A DNA stretch of 63,385 nt from Octopus bimaculoides (GCF_001194135.2 NC_068999.1:48200445-48263829), one strand, 5' to 3'. Positions 1-43,548 are shown, numbered from the stretch's first letter. Notes: generated by a model not told the origin, from the sequence alone. Made by a program: numbers and translations.

Positions 1-43
<43 letters not shown>

Positions 44-699
44 ATATGTACACACACAACAGACTGTCACAACTTTCAAGGTTCTGCAAGGGGATCACAT
101 CATATCTTCACCGTGCACACCAACACTTCACATTTCCACTTCCATGCCATATTTTTCACAATGCCCTCTGCTGTGACATATTCTGCAGTACTTGCCACCA
201 TGTCATTTTGCAAGGACCTGCACTAAGTCATATTTCCACAAATCCCAACACCTTGTATTTTCCACATGTCCTACTAGCAGAAAACAAAACAACGGAAGTA
301 TCCTATAACAGATAACACACCCGCCATTTTAGATAAAATATGGGTTAGTCAAGCATAGATAACTGTGATATCAAGCACATAATAGTTCAGATTCACCCCT
401 TTGAAAAGGTTATTCAATCCACCAGCTGTATGTTATAGAGACAGGTGAATGTCAATCAGTCATTTCGGTACATTATAGGGTTGTAGTGCTAGTATACAAG
501 TGTATATGTGCGTGGGAGTTTAATACTCCCATGCATATAAGGAGAGTGAATGTGTGTGCATTTATCTATGTCTACATATACATGTATTTATGCTTTGCAT
601 CTAATTAAATTACCTTCAGGAATTCACCCATGCTAGCACAGAAGGCAGATGTTAAATGATAATGATTATGATGATGATCATCATATTACATTAACATTA

Positions 700-1260
700 A
701 CCTTCTGATATTCTCATTGTTTTTGAATTAATCATGTATTATTTTGTAGGTTTCAGATTTTGATGAGCTAATTGTTAATTTTTGGAATGTTGTTGCAGGG
801 TTGGTGTGAGAGGCCAAGCCTGGTGAGTTTGAACATAAAACAGGTAGAATATTTTGGCCGGATATCATCATCATCATCATCATCATCATTTAACGTCCGC
901 TTTCTATGCTAGCATGGGTTGGACGATTTGACTGAGGACTGGTGAAACCAGATGGCTACACCAGGTTCCAATTTGATTTGGCAGAGTTTCTACAGCTGGA
1001 TGCCCTTCCTAACGCCAACCACTCCGAGAGTGTAGTGGGTGCTTTTACGTGCCACCGGCACGAAGGCCAGTCAGGAGGTACTGGCAACGGCCATGTTCGA
1101 AATGGTGTATTTTACGTGCCACCTGCACACAGGCCAGTCCAGTGGTACTGGCAACGAACTCGCTCGAATGTCTTTTCATGTGTCACTGGCACAAGTGCCA
1201 GGAAGGCGACGTTGGTAACGGTCACCAACCGTTATGGCCAGTTTAAATGCTAAAGGATTA
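700..1260. mobile_element. piggyBac-like MITE copy split by a retroposon insertion at about 866-1232
   Basis: 700-865 and 1233-1260 join to match the intact 58119-58338 element (…tattttggccagatatggccggtttaaatgctaaaggg). Confidence 0.65.
866..1232 (-). mobile_element. Non-LTR retroposon 3' portion with (GAT)n tail and internal tandem units (family R4 here)
   Basis: Near-identical copies at about 6985-7215(+), 11283-11465, 21022-21215, 34190-34440(+), 39783-40135, 48005-48180 and 51945-52040; shared motif ggcgttaggaagggcatccagctgtagaaac. Confidence 0.8.
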
Positions 1261-1699
1261 AATATATGGTGATCTATGAATATTGTTTCCATAAACCTGA
1301 GGAAACACAACTAGCTCTGATAATGCAGGTAAACAGTTACATAACCAAATACTTGTGAACCTTAAGAACTATGCTGTGTGAAAACAATTGTAGTTATTAC
1401 AAATAAATTTTCCTCTGTACTCCCTCTTGTTGACTCCAACTTATTCAGTTACCCATTCACACACAATAGAAGCCCCAATGTAAATCTGGCGATACCTGTG
1501 ATACTACTGCTGAATATCATCAGGTGAAATCTGAAGGTGGTCAAGCTTTATACTGTACTCTACTACATTCTAAATAGAATATAACTTAACTATATATATA
1601 TATATATATATATATCACACCAGAGGAAGGAACCCTCTTTACAACAGTAGTGATAAGGAAAGACAAATTTATGCAGAGTGAAAAGAAAAACATTCACAT

Positions 1700-2160
1700 G
1701 GAGAGTTTAAACTAATTCATGAGGAAAATTAAATAGCTCAACAAAAGAGAAACAAAAATCGTGTGCAAACTTATGAAAATCGTAAAATAAGGAAGACTTG
1801 TTAGCTGGAGAAGTTGAGGTGCAAAAACAACAACAACAACAACTCAAGTAACAAGTACAACAACAAGGATTGCAGCAGCAAATGTTACAACTAATGAAGT
1901 TGATAACCAGACCAGAGAATACGTTTTTGCCTGACCATGTAGCAAATTCCATAAGCAAATTCAAATATAACCCCGAAGAAGGAATAACCTTCGAAGCTTA
2001 CTTACAAAGATTTCAACAAATTCTTGAAAACAAATGTCAGGATTGGACGTATGATATGAAAACACATTTAGTTTTAAGAAAACTAGAAAAAGCAGAGCAT
2101 GAGAAGTATAGTAACTTCATATTTCAAAAAAAAGTGTCCAACATAAATTTCACCAACTAA
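1700..2160 (+). mobile_element. Ty3/Gypsy-like gag relic (FKYNPEEGITFEAYLQRFQQILENKC...KTHLVLRKLEKAEHEKYSNFIF)
   Basis: Resembles the gag N-terminal motif FxYxPE.G.TF..W..R....K..LLLRKL of invertebrate Gypsy elements; in-frame stops upstream. Confidence 0.65.
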
Positions 2161-2361
2161 GTTATCATTAATTTAATGAAACAGCAAATGCTGATAATAG
2201 TGAAATAGAACATACATACATACATACATGCATACATGGATATAGATATATTGTCGTATTTGGGGATGGTCATATTGCCAGTTTAGCCAATAAAAACACA
2301 CGCAGTATATATTTCGTGTTCATTTGCTTCAGCTTTATTTTATATTAATCGTATATTTCAG

Positions 2362-2401
2362 CCAGAGTTCTTTCGTCTTACTTCTGTGACCTCATCAGTG
2401 G
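2362..2401 (-). ncRNA. Minimal type-I hammerhead-ribozyme-like motif at a Penelope-like element end
   Basis: Minus strand: CCA-CTGATGA-G-GTC(10 nt)GAC-GAAA-GAA-CTC-TGG; stem I 3 bp, stem II 3 bp, stem III 2 bp. Confidence 0.55.
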
Positions 2402-2859
2402 TCCTTTGCTTTCTTATTTTTTTTTTGTGTGTCTTTCCTTACTAATGATCAGCCATTTTGTATTCCTATTGTATGTGTCTTTGTATGCGCATGCGGTTTA
2501 TCCCTCTGTGTGTCTATGTTTAGTATGTGTGTGTAGGAATGTGCCTGCATTATCAGTATCATGTTTATACACATTAGTTTAATTTGTTTTTATTTTTTTT
2601 GTTCATGTGTTTATACCTACTTATTTTTTCTATTATTCCTTCTTTTTTTTGTATTTAATTTTATTTATTTTGTTAATGTATATAGTTATTTAATTCCATT
2701 TGTTTATCTGTGTATTGTATTATATCATGTTCATATCATTACCAGTTTATATGGATCTTATTCTGTTATATGTTACACACACCCCCAACACACCACAACA
2801 TAATCCGATCTATCATTGCAAGTGGTTGTCAGAGTTTCTATTTCTTCACTAGCCTGAAT

Positions 2860-3110
2860 TTCTGGGTCTCCCAATTCCCACAATTGTAATCCTATGTATT
2901 ACAATGTATGAGGCATAGTTGAGAAAGACACCAACCACTCTGCCTGAACACCCAGTCTGATCTGGTAGCCAAGATCAAGGAGGTATTCAAAGATCATCTC
3001 AGGGACACAGTGAGGAATGCATGTGCCACATTACAGAGCTGTATTGAGGCTATGGTGGAAGCTGGGGTCAGCTACTTTGCGCAAACTGTTATCTCCCAGT
3101 CATAATCTAA
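2860..3110 (+). mobile_element. Tc1/mariner DDxD transposase C-terminal relic
   Basis: PNSHNCNPMYYNV*GIVEK...IEAMVEAG; same family as 19625-20470. Confidence 0.65.
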
Positions 3111-3296
3111 ATGACATCATTTGAAATGTGAATATCTGAGTAACTGCATGTCCCAGGCAAACAAAATTAAATAGGCTTCATGTTGAACAATTAAAGATTT
3201 ATTCATCAAAATTCAAACAAAAGTTTCAGAGAGATGTAGATTTTATAACCAATTTCACAAAGCTTCATATATGTTCAATATGTACACTTCTTCTCT

Positions 3297-3668
3297 TTGG
3301 CATTCTGTCGCTTACAATGACGAGGGTTCCAGTTGATCCGATCAATGGAACAGCCTGCTCATGAAATTAATGTGCAAGTGGCTGAGAACTCCACAGATAA
3401 GTGTACCCTTAACGTAGTTCTCGGGGATATTCAGCGTGACACAGTGTGACAAGGCTGGCCCTTTGAATTACAGGCACAACAGAAACAGGAAGTAAGAGAA
3501 AGTTGTGGTGAAAGAGTACAGCAGGGTTCACCACCATCCCCTGCCGGAACCTCGTGGAGTTTTATGTGTTTTCGTTCAATAAACACTCACAACACCTGGT
3601 CTGGGAATCGAAACCGTGATCCTTTGATCGCGAGTCCACTGCCCTAACCACTGGGCCATTTCGCACTA
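3297..3668 (-). mobile_element. tRNA-derived SINE (family S2)
   Basis: Homologous to 12284-12675, 51547-51904, 59035-59350 and 63312-63385; tRNA-like A/B boxes at the 5' end. Confidence 0.85.
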
Positions 3669-3689
3669 CCTGTGACATGACACACGTCA

Positions 3690-4020
3690 AGTCAATAGTC
3701 CAGCTCCTGCTTAACATGCTGTACTATGTCTTGCGTAACATTCTCTAACACCTCAGTGATACTCTGCTTGAGTTCCTCTAGGCTTGTAGGAAGAGCTGAG
3801 ATATAGACCAGTCCTTTCACATAGCCCACAGAAAAAGAATCACGAGGTGTCAAGTCAGGTGCACATGGTGGCTATTTCAACAACACATTGTCATTATCAC
3901 TGATGTGCTTGATCTAAACTTAGCATTTATACATTTTGTTAAAATTTGAGATCATTTGAGCAAGAATTAGCTATGTTATTAGACTCCGAAATGATGTCAA
4001 TTTTTGTGGACACCCTGTAT
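3690..4020 (-). mobile_element. Tc1/mariner-type relic
   Basis: Minus translation PCAPDLTPRDSFSVGYVKGLVY..PTSLEELKQSI (degenerate SPDLTPCDFFLWG motif); TIR-like end ggacaccctg-ta. Confidence 0.6.
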
Positions 4021-4113
4021 ATATACAAATGTATTTACATACATCTGTGTTTGTATATGTGTATGTATACATATTGATGCATGTGTTTGAATTCCTGGAC
4101 CCATGTATACATA

Positions 4114-4785
4114 CACAGAGGTTGGACAAAATAATGGAAACACCTATTTTAATATGGAGTAGGACTGACTTTGGAAGAAATTACAGCTTGGCTTCTATGA
4201 GATATGGACTCATACAAAGTTTGAATTGTTTCCAAAGGAATTTTTGTCCATTCTTCAGCTAAAACAGTCATCAGTTCTTGTAGTGATGATGGTGGAGGAT
4301 ATCGACTCCTTACTTGTTTTTCTAAAATGCAGTTCAATAATATTGAGATCTGGAGACTGTGGTGGCCAGACAAGATGTTCAACTTCACTAGAATGTTCCT
4401 TGTACCATTCAGTAACAACTTTAGCTGTGTGAATTCTTGCCTTATCATCCTGAAAGATTGTGTTTCCCTGCAAAAACAGTTCTGCAACCATAGGATGAAT
4501 TTGATCAGATAAAATGCTTAAATAGTCTTGACTATTAATTCTGCCATGAAATGAAACCATTGGGTCTGGATTTCCAAGATATAGCCCTCCAGATCATCAC
4601 AGATCTTCTTCCATGTTTAACAGCTGGGAGAAAGCAGTTTGGGTCAAATGCTTCTTTTGGCTGTCTCCACACGTATACTTGGCCGGTGGTTGGAGATAAG
4701 GTGAAGGAGGACTCGTCTGAGAAAATAACATTCTTCCACTGCTCTAGGGACCAGTTGTGTAGGTTTTTACTCCACTCTAAATGCT
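4114..4785 (-). mobile_element. Tc1-like (DDE) transposase relic with one TIR
   Basis: TIFQDDKARIHTAK...WPPQSPDLNIIE; frameshifted; TA-cacagaggttggacaaaataatggaaacacc end. Confidence 0.85.
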
Positions 4786-5376
4786 TTGCACATTAATTTC
4801 ACGAGCAGGCTGTTCCATTGATCGGATCAACTGGAACCCTCGTCATCATAACCGACGGAGTGCCAACAATATATTTACAGAGAGAGAGAGAGAGAGATGG
4901 TCGGATGGACACAATTGGCTTCTTTCAGTTTCTGTATACCAAATCCATTCACAAGGATTTGTTCAACCCAGGACTATTGTAGAAGACACTTGCCCTAGGT
5001 ACCATGCAGTGGGACGGACTGACCCCACTATTATGTGACAGTTGTAAGCAATTGTCACTGTCATATAAATGATGACTTTCATTTCCAATCTTCTGCAGAA
5101 ACATGTTTTGCTTTGGCAAGATATTGCCTTGCTTGAAGTGGGTGGGGTTGGTAACAGGAAAGGCAACAAGCTGTAGAAAACCTGCTTCAGCAGAAAAGTG
5201 GATGTTAAAAAGGATGTTGAAATGACTTACAGATAGATTATGAAGTTGAAAATCTAATGCACTGAAGCTGCTGATCTCAGAATATCTGTGAATGTTATAG
5301 CTACTACTTTCTATTTCTATTTCCTCTCTTATCCCTGTATCTAACACCACTATCTTATATTTTTGATATTTTAGAG

Positions 5377-35665
<30,289 letters not shown>

Positions 35666-35734
35666 CAATTTAATGAGCAATGGTAGCGTTTGTGCAAATT
35701 CCAAAACTTTTATTATTCTTGTCTGAACATTTTG

Positions 35735-35891
35735 ACATCCATTATTTACATTATTAACACTTGACGGATATTTGTCCTCATCTTGTTTGTTGTTAACACA
35801 ACGTTTAACACAACGATATACCCTCCGACCATCATCAGGTGTCTTGGAGAAATTTCAAACTTGGGTTCTCATTTCTAAGGTATTTTTTGAC

Positions 35892-35936
<45 letters not shown>

Positions 35937-36040
35937 ATTCAGGTCACTGCTTGAGCATATGGCATCATGGTTAAGAGTGCGAGCTACTGACCCCAAGATT
36001 CTGACTTTGATTCCAGGCAGTGATCTGAATAATAATAATG

Positions 36041-36085
<45 letters not shown>

Positions 36086-36270
36086 TCGAAAAATATCTTA
36101 GGAATGAGAACCCAAGTTCGAAATTTCCCCAAGACTCCCGATGAAGGCTGGAGGGTATCTCAGTCAAAACATGTTAACAACAAACAAGATGAGGGCAAAT
36201 ATCCAACAAATGTAAATAATGTAAATTATGTACATAATTCCTCATCTCTTAAATATAGAACTGGATTTTC
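35735..36270. mobile_element. Head-to-head pair of a tRNA-headed element with (AAT)n core and hammerhead-core-like tail
   Basis: 35956-36270(+) near full length; 35735-35955 is an inverted 5'-truncated copy abutting it. Confidence 0.8.
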
Positions 36271-36823
36271 ACATCCAGTTTTCCATGCTTGCATAGGCTG
36301 GAGGGAATTTGTTGATGGAGATGTTCTATGGCTGGATGCCCTTCCTATCACCAACCCTCAAAAGAAACTATATAGGAATGTAATTATATTCCTTCTATGC
36401 TTTCAATGTGCAGAAAAAAAGAGTGGAGGAGTTTCTTGACAGATTGTTTCACAATTTGTTGATCACTCTTCAGACACAAAATATCCAATATCTTTCCCCA
36501 GTTGAGGATAGCATAGGATATTAGGCTGCTGTATATTGCTGTTGGCAATTACACAATTACTATGTATGTGGAGGTCAGGGTTAATTTGCATATATATATT
36601 GTAGGTAGCACATCATTAATTTTCAAAAGTGCTTTTTTTTTTTGACTTGTTTCAGTCATTGTACTGCAGCCATGCTGAGTACAGCCCTTGAAGAGTTTTA
36701 ATCAAATTGATCACCCCCAGTACTTATTTTCTTAAATTTGTTCATCTTCTTTACCAAACTGCTAGGTTATGGTGATGTGAACAAACCAACAGTAGTTATC
36801 AAGCAGTGGTGGAGACAGACATG

Positions 36824-36892
<69 letters not shown>

Positions 36893-39800
36893 GTGTGTCT
36901 GTGTGTGACAGGCATCCATACTGTTTGTGTCTTCCAAATTCACTCACAAGGCATTGGTTCACCCAAGGCGCTACAACCCTAACCATCCTGTCTTTTAAAG
37001 GGCTACATTATTTTTATATCTTTTTTTTTCTTTCGGTTTGTAGTGTGTGATTAGAGGGAAATTAGGCTACTATTTCTAACAACATAAGTAACTCTGTGGA
37101 GGCTCCTTCCTTTTCTTCTACATAGTATGTTGTTTTTGTTTTGCTCTACTCAGTCCTGAATGAGTTGATCTTTACTCAGTCATCAGCCACAACCATACTC
37201 ACTTTTCAGGGTGGCCTACAGCTGACCACAACCACCCTAAAAATGGCATATAAAGAATTTACATTATCTAGTGTGTCTTCCCTTTGTATGATGATTGGTT
37301 GTGAGTTGAGGAAGACTTGGCTGTTATTTCTAGCAAAGTGGGCAGCTATGTAGAGGCTCCCTCGTTTGTTCATATCTTAGGTAGAATATTGTGAAGCAGG
37401 ATTTCACTTTGCGCTGAAAACAATGGGTCATCAGGTTAACAGCACTGCAATGCCATTTCAGAGATGTGTGCTTTTGAGACTTTGATCCATAAGGTAGGAT
37501 TTGACCTGTTTTGAACTCTTGACAGCCACTTGAGTGATGCTCCAGTGACACTTCCATTCATATTCTTCAGCATTTTTATTACAGTTTTACAATAGCTGAG
37601 TGATAACCAAACTGCCTTACAGCATTTAATTGGATTTCTTTATGTTCTGAGCTTAAATCCCACTTCAGTTAACTTTGGCCTTCACGTTTCCAACATCAAT
37701 GAAATTAGTAGCAGTTAGGCACTGTACCAAGAGGGGTCCAATTTAAATTACTGCACGAGGGGTCCAATTTAAATTACTGCACACTTTTCCCCAAAATTTG
37801 TGGCTTCAAGTCTATGTTACAAATTGATATTATTATAACACTTAAAGTTACTTCACATTTGACCTTGCTTCTTTGTCTAAATTGTTAAAGCTGTTTGTAT
37901 AAGATGCTGTGTGATAACTACAACATGGATGATATTGTTTGCTGTCCGCTCTAATATTATGTCAGTGATTTGCATGCGACAAGAGCAATTGTTGGCAGAC
38001 TTAAGTAGTGTAAGGTAGTTGAAATTCTTCTTCGATTGCCCCCCCCCCATTACACACAATTCAGGCCTAAAGATACAATGTCTGTTGCATTTTTGTATAT
38101 ACGTGTATGTGGTTTGCATAAAAACCGAAATGGCCAAAAGGATCAGATATAAACAGCTGTGAGTTCCTTAATTCTTCAGAGATTCTTTTGTCTCTGGGAC
38201 AAGACAATTTATTCTCTCTACATGCCTTCACTTCACCCATCTGAGAGAATTATATTTGAAATCTGGGAATATTCTCTCTGTTAGTCTAGTATCTTTTCCA
38301 GTGATATGTTTTGTCATAAAACAATCAGTTTTTAAGTAACCATTTTTAAATTACTATATATATATTCGTGCATAATACATACTCTTTTTATCAGGTTTTT
38401 CTTAGGCATAAATATGAGAAGTGTACTTTATATCCAAGAACTAAATATCATCCGTGAAGGCACATGGCTCAGTGGTTAGAGCGTCGAGCTTATGATGGTG
38501 AGGTTGTGAATTCGGACTGGGCTGCGTGTTGTGTTCTTGAGCAAGACACTTTATTTCACGTTGCTCCAGTTCACTCAGCTGTAGAAATGAGTTGCGACGT
38601 CACAGGTATCAAGCTGTATCGGCCTTTGCCTTTCCCTTGAATAACATCAGTGGCATGGAGTGGGGAGGCTGGTATGCATCGGTGACTACTGGTCTTCCAT
38701 AAACAACCTTGCCTGAACTTGTGCCTGGGAGGGTAACTTTCTAGGTGCAATCCCAGGGTCAGTCATGACCGAAGGGGGTCTCAGAAGCATATCTCAGCAA
38801 ATATCATCGATTTTTTCTTCTGTCAAGTGCATTGCTGTATTCAACATAGCATGACGGGAATTAAATGGATTACACATATTGTTCAAGCTAATTGATGCAT
38901 AACAAAATGTCAAGCTCACTATAATAATGTTATATTTTCCACTATAGACCTTAATAGTTGTAAAGACACTATATGAGTGGATAGGCTAAAAAAGAGCTTC
39001 ATAGAGAAAACTGTCCTTGTTCCCACTGCAGACAAAACACACACACAGCGTTACAAACATAGCCTGCACACCCAACTTCACATTCCATGACTACCATTGG
39101 GATTGATCAGGTACCGGACAAGGATTCTGGATTATTTTTCCGTTTTTTTTTTTTTACTTAATTTTTGAGAGCGGTCAGGTTCATTTTTAGTATTCTCATT
39201 TGTGAGAGCAGTCAAGTTTATTTCAGATATTCTCATTTTAAAAATCATCTCTGGCTAATCCTTGAGATGACGTTGGGTGGAGGTCTGCGCTCTCTGAGTG
39301 CTCGTTATCATCATAATCATCATCATCATCATCATCATTATTATTAGTTTCTCTTCTCTTTTCAATTTTGTTTTTATTTCTTGCCGAGTGTCTTCCTGAC
39401 TCCTAGGACAAAGAAACTCACTGTATATATTGACAGGCCATTTAACTAAACTCATCAGTGTTCATTTTCAAAAGGAAATGAAGTTATATGTAAAAACAAA
39501 AATTTAACACGAGTGCTAATCGTTCTTGCATCAACAATGCTCTTCTCAATACATGTGATGTACCAGTTAAAACAATCTTTTGCACTCCTTGCAGGGATGG
39601 TAAACCAAGGATCATTCTCAAATAATTTCAGTTCCTTTTTTAATCATTCTAAGTGTTCCTACAATCACCTGTATTCTAACCACCCTGAGATGTACATTTT
39701 TCCAATTTCAGTTAGCAAATCTTTATATTTTCTAAGCTTATCAAATTCTTTCGCCGAGATATTATGACCACAAGGAATACTCATCATCATCATCATCATC

Positions 39801-41992
39801 ATCGTTTAACGTCCGCTTTCCATGCTAGCATGGGTTGGACGATTTGACTGAGGACCGGTGAAACCAGATGGCTGCACCAGGCTCCAATCTGATTTGTCAG
39901 AGTTTCTACAGCTGGATGCCCTTCCTAACGCCAACCACTCCGAGAGTGTAGTGGGTGCTTTTATGTTCCACCGGCACGAAGGCCAGTCAGGTGGTACTGG
40001 CAATGGCCACGCTCAAAATGGTGTATTTTATGTGCCACCTGCACAAGAGCCAGTCCAGGGGCACTGGCAACGATCTCGCTCGAAAGTCCTTACACATGCC
40101 ACAGGCACAAGTGCCAGAAAGGCGACGCTGGGCACAATAACCAAACTTGATCTGGTTTATTACCTTTGATAGTTTGGTTTGTATGTACTAGAATGTCCTA
40201 AAAAATCATTACATTTTCTTCCTCAGTTACTGCCCCAGGGTGACGATTATACCATTTATCAACAGTTTTGATTTTATAATGCTAACATATTAACCAAGAT
40301 ATTAACCAACTCTGTCATGTCTTGATTTATACTCTACTGGTGCTAAGACTTTACATTTAGAGATTAGGTGGTGTACTGTTTCAATCACATCATTGCAGGA
40401 TCACCATTTTCAGATTGACTCCATTTTTCATTACATTGGCTTGGTAATTCAGGGTCAATAACCTTTGATCTTGGGCAACTAAGATAAAGCCTTTGCTCTC
40501 TCCTTTTAGCTCTAGTCTACATCAACTGTGGGCCACATATTTGCCCTGCAGAGGTTTCTGCTCCCATCTATCAGCCAAATGCTTGTGTGCTTTTTTTCTG
40601 TGCCATTAATTTCGTCTTCTCTGCAATAACATTGCCACACTTCATTCAGGTTGTTCAGCCTGTGTATTATGCATGAAATGGACTTTAACGTTTTGCTCCC
40701 CTTTATGACAGAATGAAATTTGTTACACCTCTCATGATTTTCAACAAGTTTAACATCCAATTGTGGTGCCGTTCTGAGTTCGAATTCCATCAAGGTCAAC
40801 TTGTCTTCCATCCTTTCAAGATGGAGAAAATAAAATACCAGTCAAGTGCTGAGATTAAGGTAATCAACTTACCCTCTACCCTCAAAATTACTGGTCCTAC
40901 TCTAAATATGCCCCTATAAATCGGATAGCAGGAAAGAAGGCTCATACCTTAGATCTGTGGAGTTCCTTGATTGACCCTAGTTGGAGTTTCTCTTGTATCA
41001 GGAGAACTCCATCATTCATGTTGTCACATACTTTATACAGAGTGTATACTTTTATTGCATTTTACTGTCTTTTCCATTTCTTTTTCCCCATCCTTTATGT
41101 AAATTCTACACAAACTGTTGTCTATCCTTGTGATGCCCCCTCATATGTGCCCCTGTGGCTAATAAAAGAAATTATTACTAGCACACCGGAGAAAACGCTT
41201 ACAGCATTTCGTCCATCTTTATGTTCTGAGTTTAAATTCTGCTAAGGTCGGCTTTACCTTTCAACCTTTTGAAGTTGATAAAATAAGTTCCAGTTGAGCC
41301 CTGGGGTTGATGTAATCAATTATCACCTTCCCCCAAAATTTCAGGTCACATGCCTATAGTAGAAAGGATTATTAAATTATAGTTTAATTTTCCTTTTCTT
41401 TGCTGACGGTGGATGAAGACTTGGAATTGTTAAGGCAGTCAAAAATGGCCAGTCAGATAACAAGATATAAAATTGGTTAGGATGAGATTTATAGATAATG
41501 GGATCTATGGTCATTGTCATTATTTTTTTCAGTTATGAACTGAAGCAAGTCAGCCTTATACATGTTTGATCTCCTCTATTTACATCTCAGAACCGATTTA
41601 TATATATATGGAAGTGGATTTAAGGTGAAAAGAAGTGCTGATCTCTTGTAGCAAGAGTGCTGCTACCAGATGTGTTTGCTAAAGATAAAATTTGTGTTGT
41701 TGTTTAGTTTTATGTCAGCCCCAAATAAGCAGATCTGTAATCAAAAGTATTCCAATTATAATGCCATCATTTTACATCTCTAGAACTACATTATGCAATA
41801 TATCATTCCATTTTTTTAAAAGACATTTCGCTGTGATTTGAAAATGATTTGGGTGCTATTTCCAGCAGGTTGGTTAACCACCTACAGACTTCTTTATTGG
41901 ATGAAAGGAAGTTTGTTAAAAGTTGATAAAGATATTCTTGAGAACCACTTTTTTTTCTTTGTCATTAGTTAAGTCTGGCGGAAAGGGCAGAG

Positions 41993-42040
41993 TTAGGGTT
42001 AGGGTTAGGGTTAGGGTTAGGGTTAGGGTTAGGGTTAGGG
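41993..42040 (+). repeat. Interstitial telomeric-type repeat (TTAGGG)8
   Basis: Eight perfect hexamers; two more units near 23995. Confidence 0.95.
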
Positions 42041-42972
42041 TAAGATTGACGACATCAATATTCTACTTTGAGGTGGCAAGCTGTCAGAATCGGTTGTGCA
42101 TTGAACAAAACGCTTAGCGACATTTCTCTTGGCTCTTCATATTCTGAGTTCAAATGCCACCATGGTCAACTTTGTCGTTCATCCTTTTCAGGGTTAATAA
42201 AATAAGTTCCAGTTGAGCACTGGAGGGGGGGGAGGGTCAATGTAACTGACGTACCCCCTCCCCTAAAATGTCTGACCATTATTTTTCAACTTGAACTGTT
42301 GCAAGTCAACAACTGCAGGAAAGACCTGTCATGGGTAAAAATTCAAGGAGACTAATTTGAATGAAATGAATAAGCAGTAGCTTTTCTCTGGGTACTGTCT
42401 AGAATGTGATGGGGTGGGGTGTATGTAACAGCAGCATGTTCTACATGTGTGATCACTTCTCTACCGTGGGTCCCGTCAGAGCTTTCAAACATTATTTTGC
42501 ATTTTAATGATCTTGTAGTGATGTCAGGTAGCAAGAACTTCCACTCTAACTAAATCTGTTCAACAAAGATTCTGGTTTTATCTTCGCCTTTACTTAGATG
42601 TCTTTCATATTGTATTCTCCCTAGTAAATATATATATTTTAAAAACTTAATTTACACATTATGCCTTTGAACCTTCAAACAGCTATTTTCCAATCCTGAA
42701 TGTCAACTTTGCTTTAAATGCCAATGCCGCAGTATTTTTCTCTTTATATTGAGTTGTTTCCCTTGGATTAAGCTTAGACGAACGTTGTGTCGTAAGACCA
42801 TTGTAAATTTCAACAGACACTTCTTGTCATCCTCGACATCTTAAGTGTCTTGAACCAATAATTGACCAGGTGGAAAAGTATAACTGTCGATGCAACCAAC
42901 AAATCTGAAGCTCTGGGTTTCTGTAAGTCTATCAGACATAAATATTGCATTTTTTACTTGTATTATATATAG

Positions 42973-43548
42973 CAGTGGTTCCCAAACTATGAGTCGCGAC
43001 CCACTGATGGGTCGCGAACGAAATCTTAGTGGGTCGCAAAAAGTTATAAAATTACGCATTAGCTTTGATTAACTGCTGTCTATCGAGATATTTCAAGGCT
43101 CATGCTTTCAATACCTGACTGGTTGTTTTATCAAGCAGTAGGCTTTTTCCACGAACTTAACAAATCAGAGGTGGTCATTTTAATTAGGCGCAGTACAACA
43201 CTGATGGAGCCGATAATAGTTACTACTTCGAGGTTTTGTATTAGAGTTAATACCTACCCATAGGGTATGGAGACGTTGAAACAGTTATAAAACGTTTTGT
43301 TTCACATTTAATATAAATAGTAAAACATTTAAATAAATAAGACAGTATGGATTTCACTAATAAGTTTATAAATTATTCAAAAAAGTTTAGGAGTGATTAC
43401 CAGGTGGCTATTAATTAGCTGATGCAATAGTTGGAATAGACAGCAGTTAGACGGTAGATGGGTCAATAGAGTCTATCTGATAAACGGTAGAGTTAAATGG
43501 GTCGCCATAAATAGTGGGTCGCGTCTCTAAAAAGTTTGGGAACCACTG
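42973..43548. mobile_element. Intact non-autonomous hAT (Charlie-like) element, 576 bp
   Basis: Perfect 16-bp TIR CAGTGGTTCCCAAACT and perfect 8-bp TSD ATATATAG; subterminal gggtcgc repeats. Confidence 0.92.

Noticed and set aside
942-1253. Recurring MKPDGYTR...LQLDALPNANHSESVVGAF ORF (also 6939, 39858) and MLL..QSTEQPACEI ORF at 51547
   Set aside because: Chance frames in high-copy SINE/retroposon sequence, not a gene family
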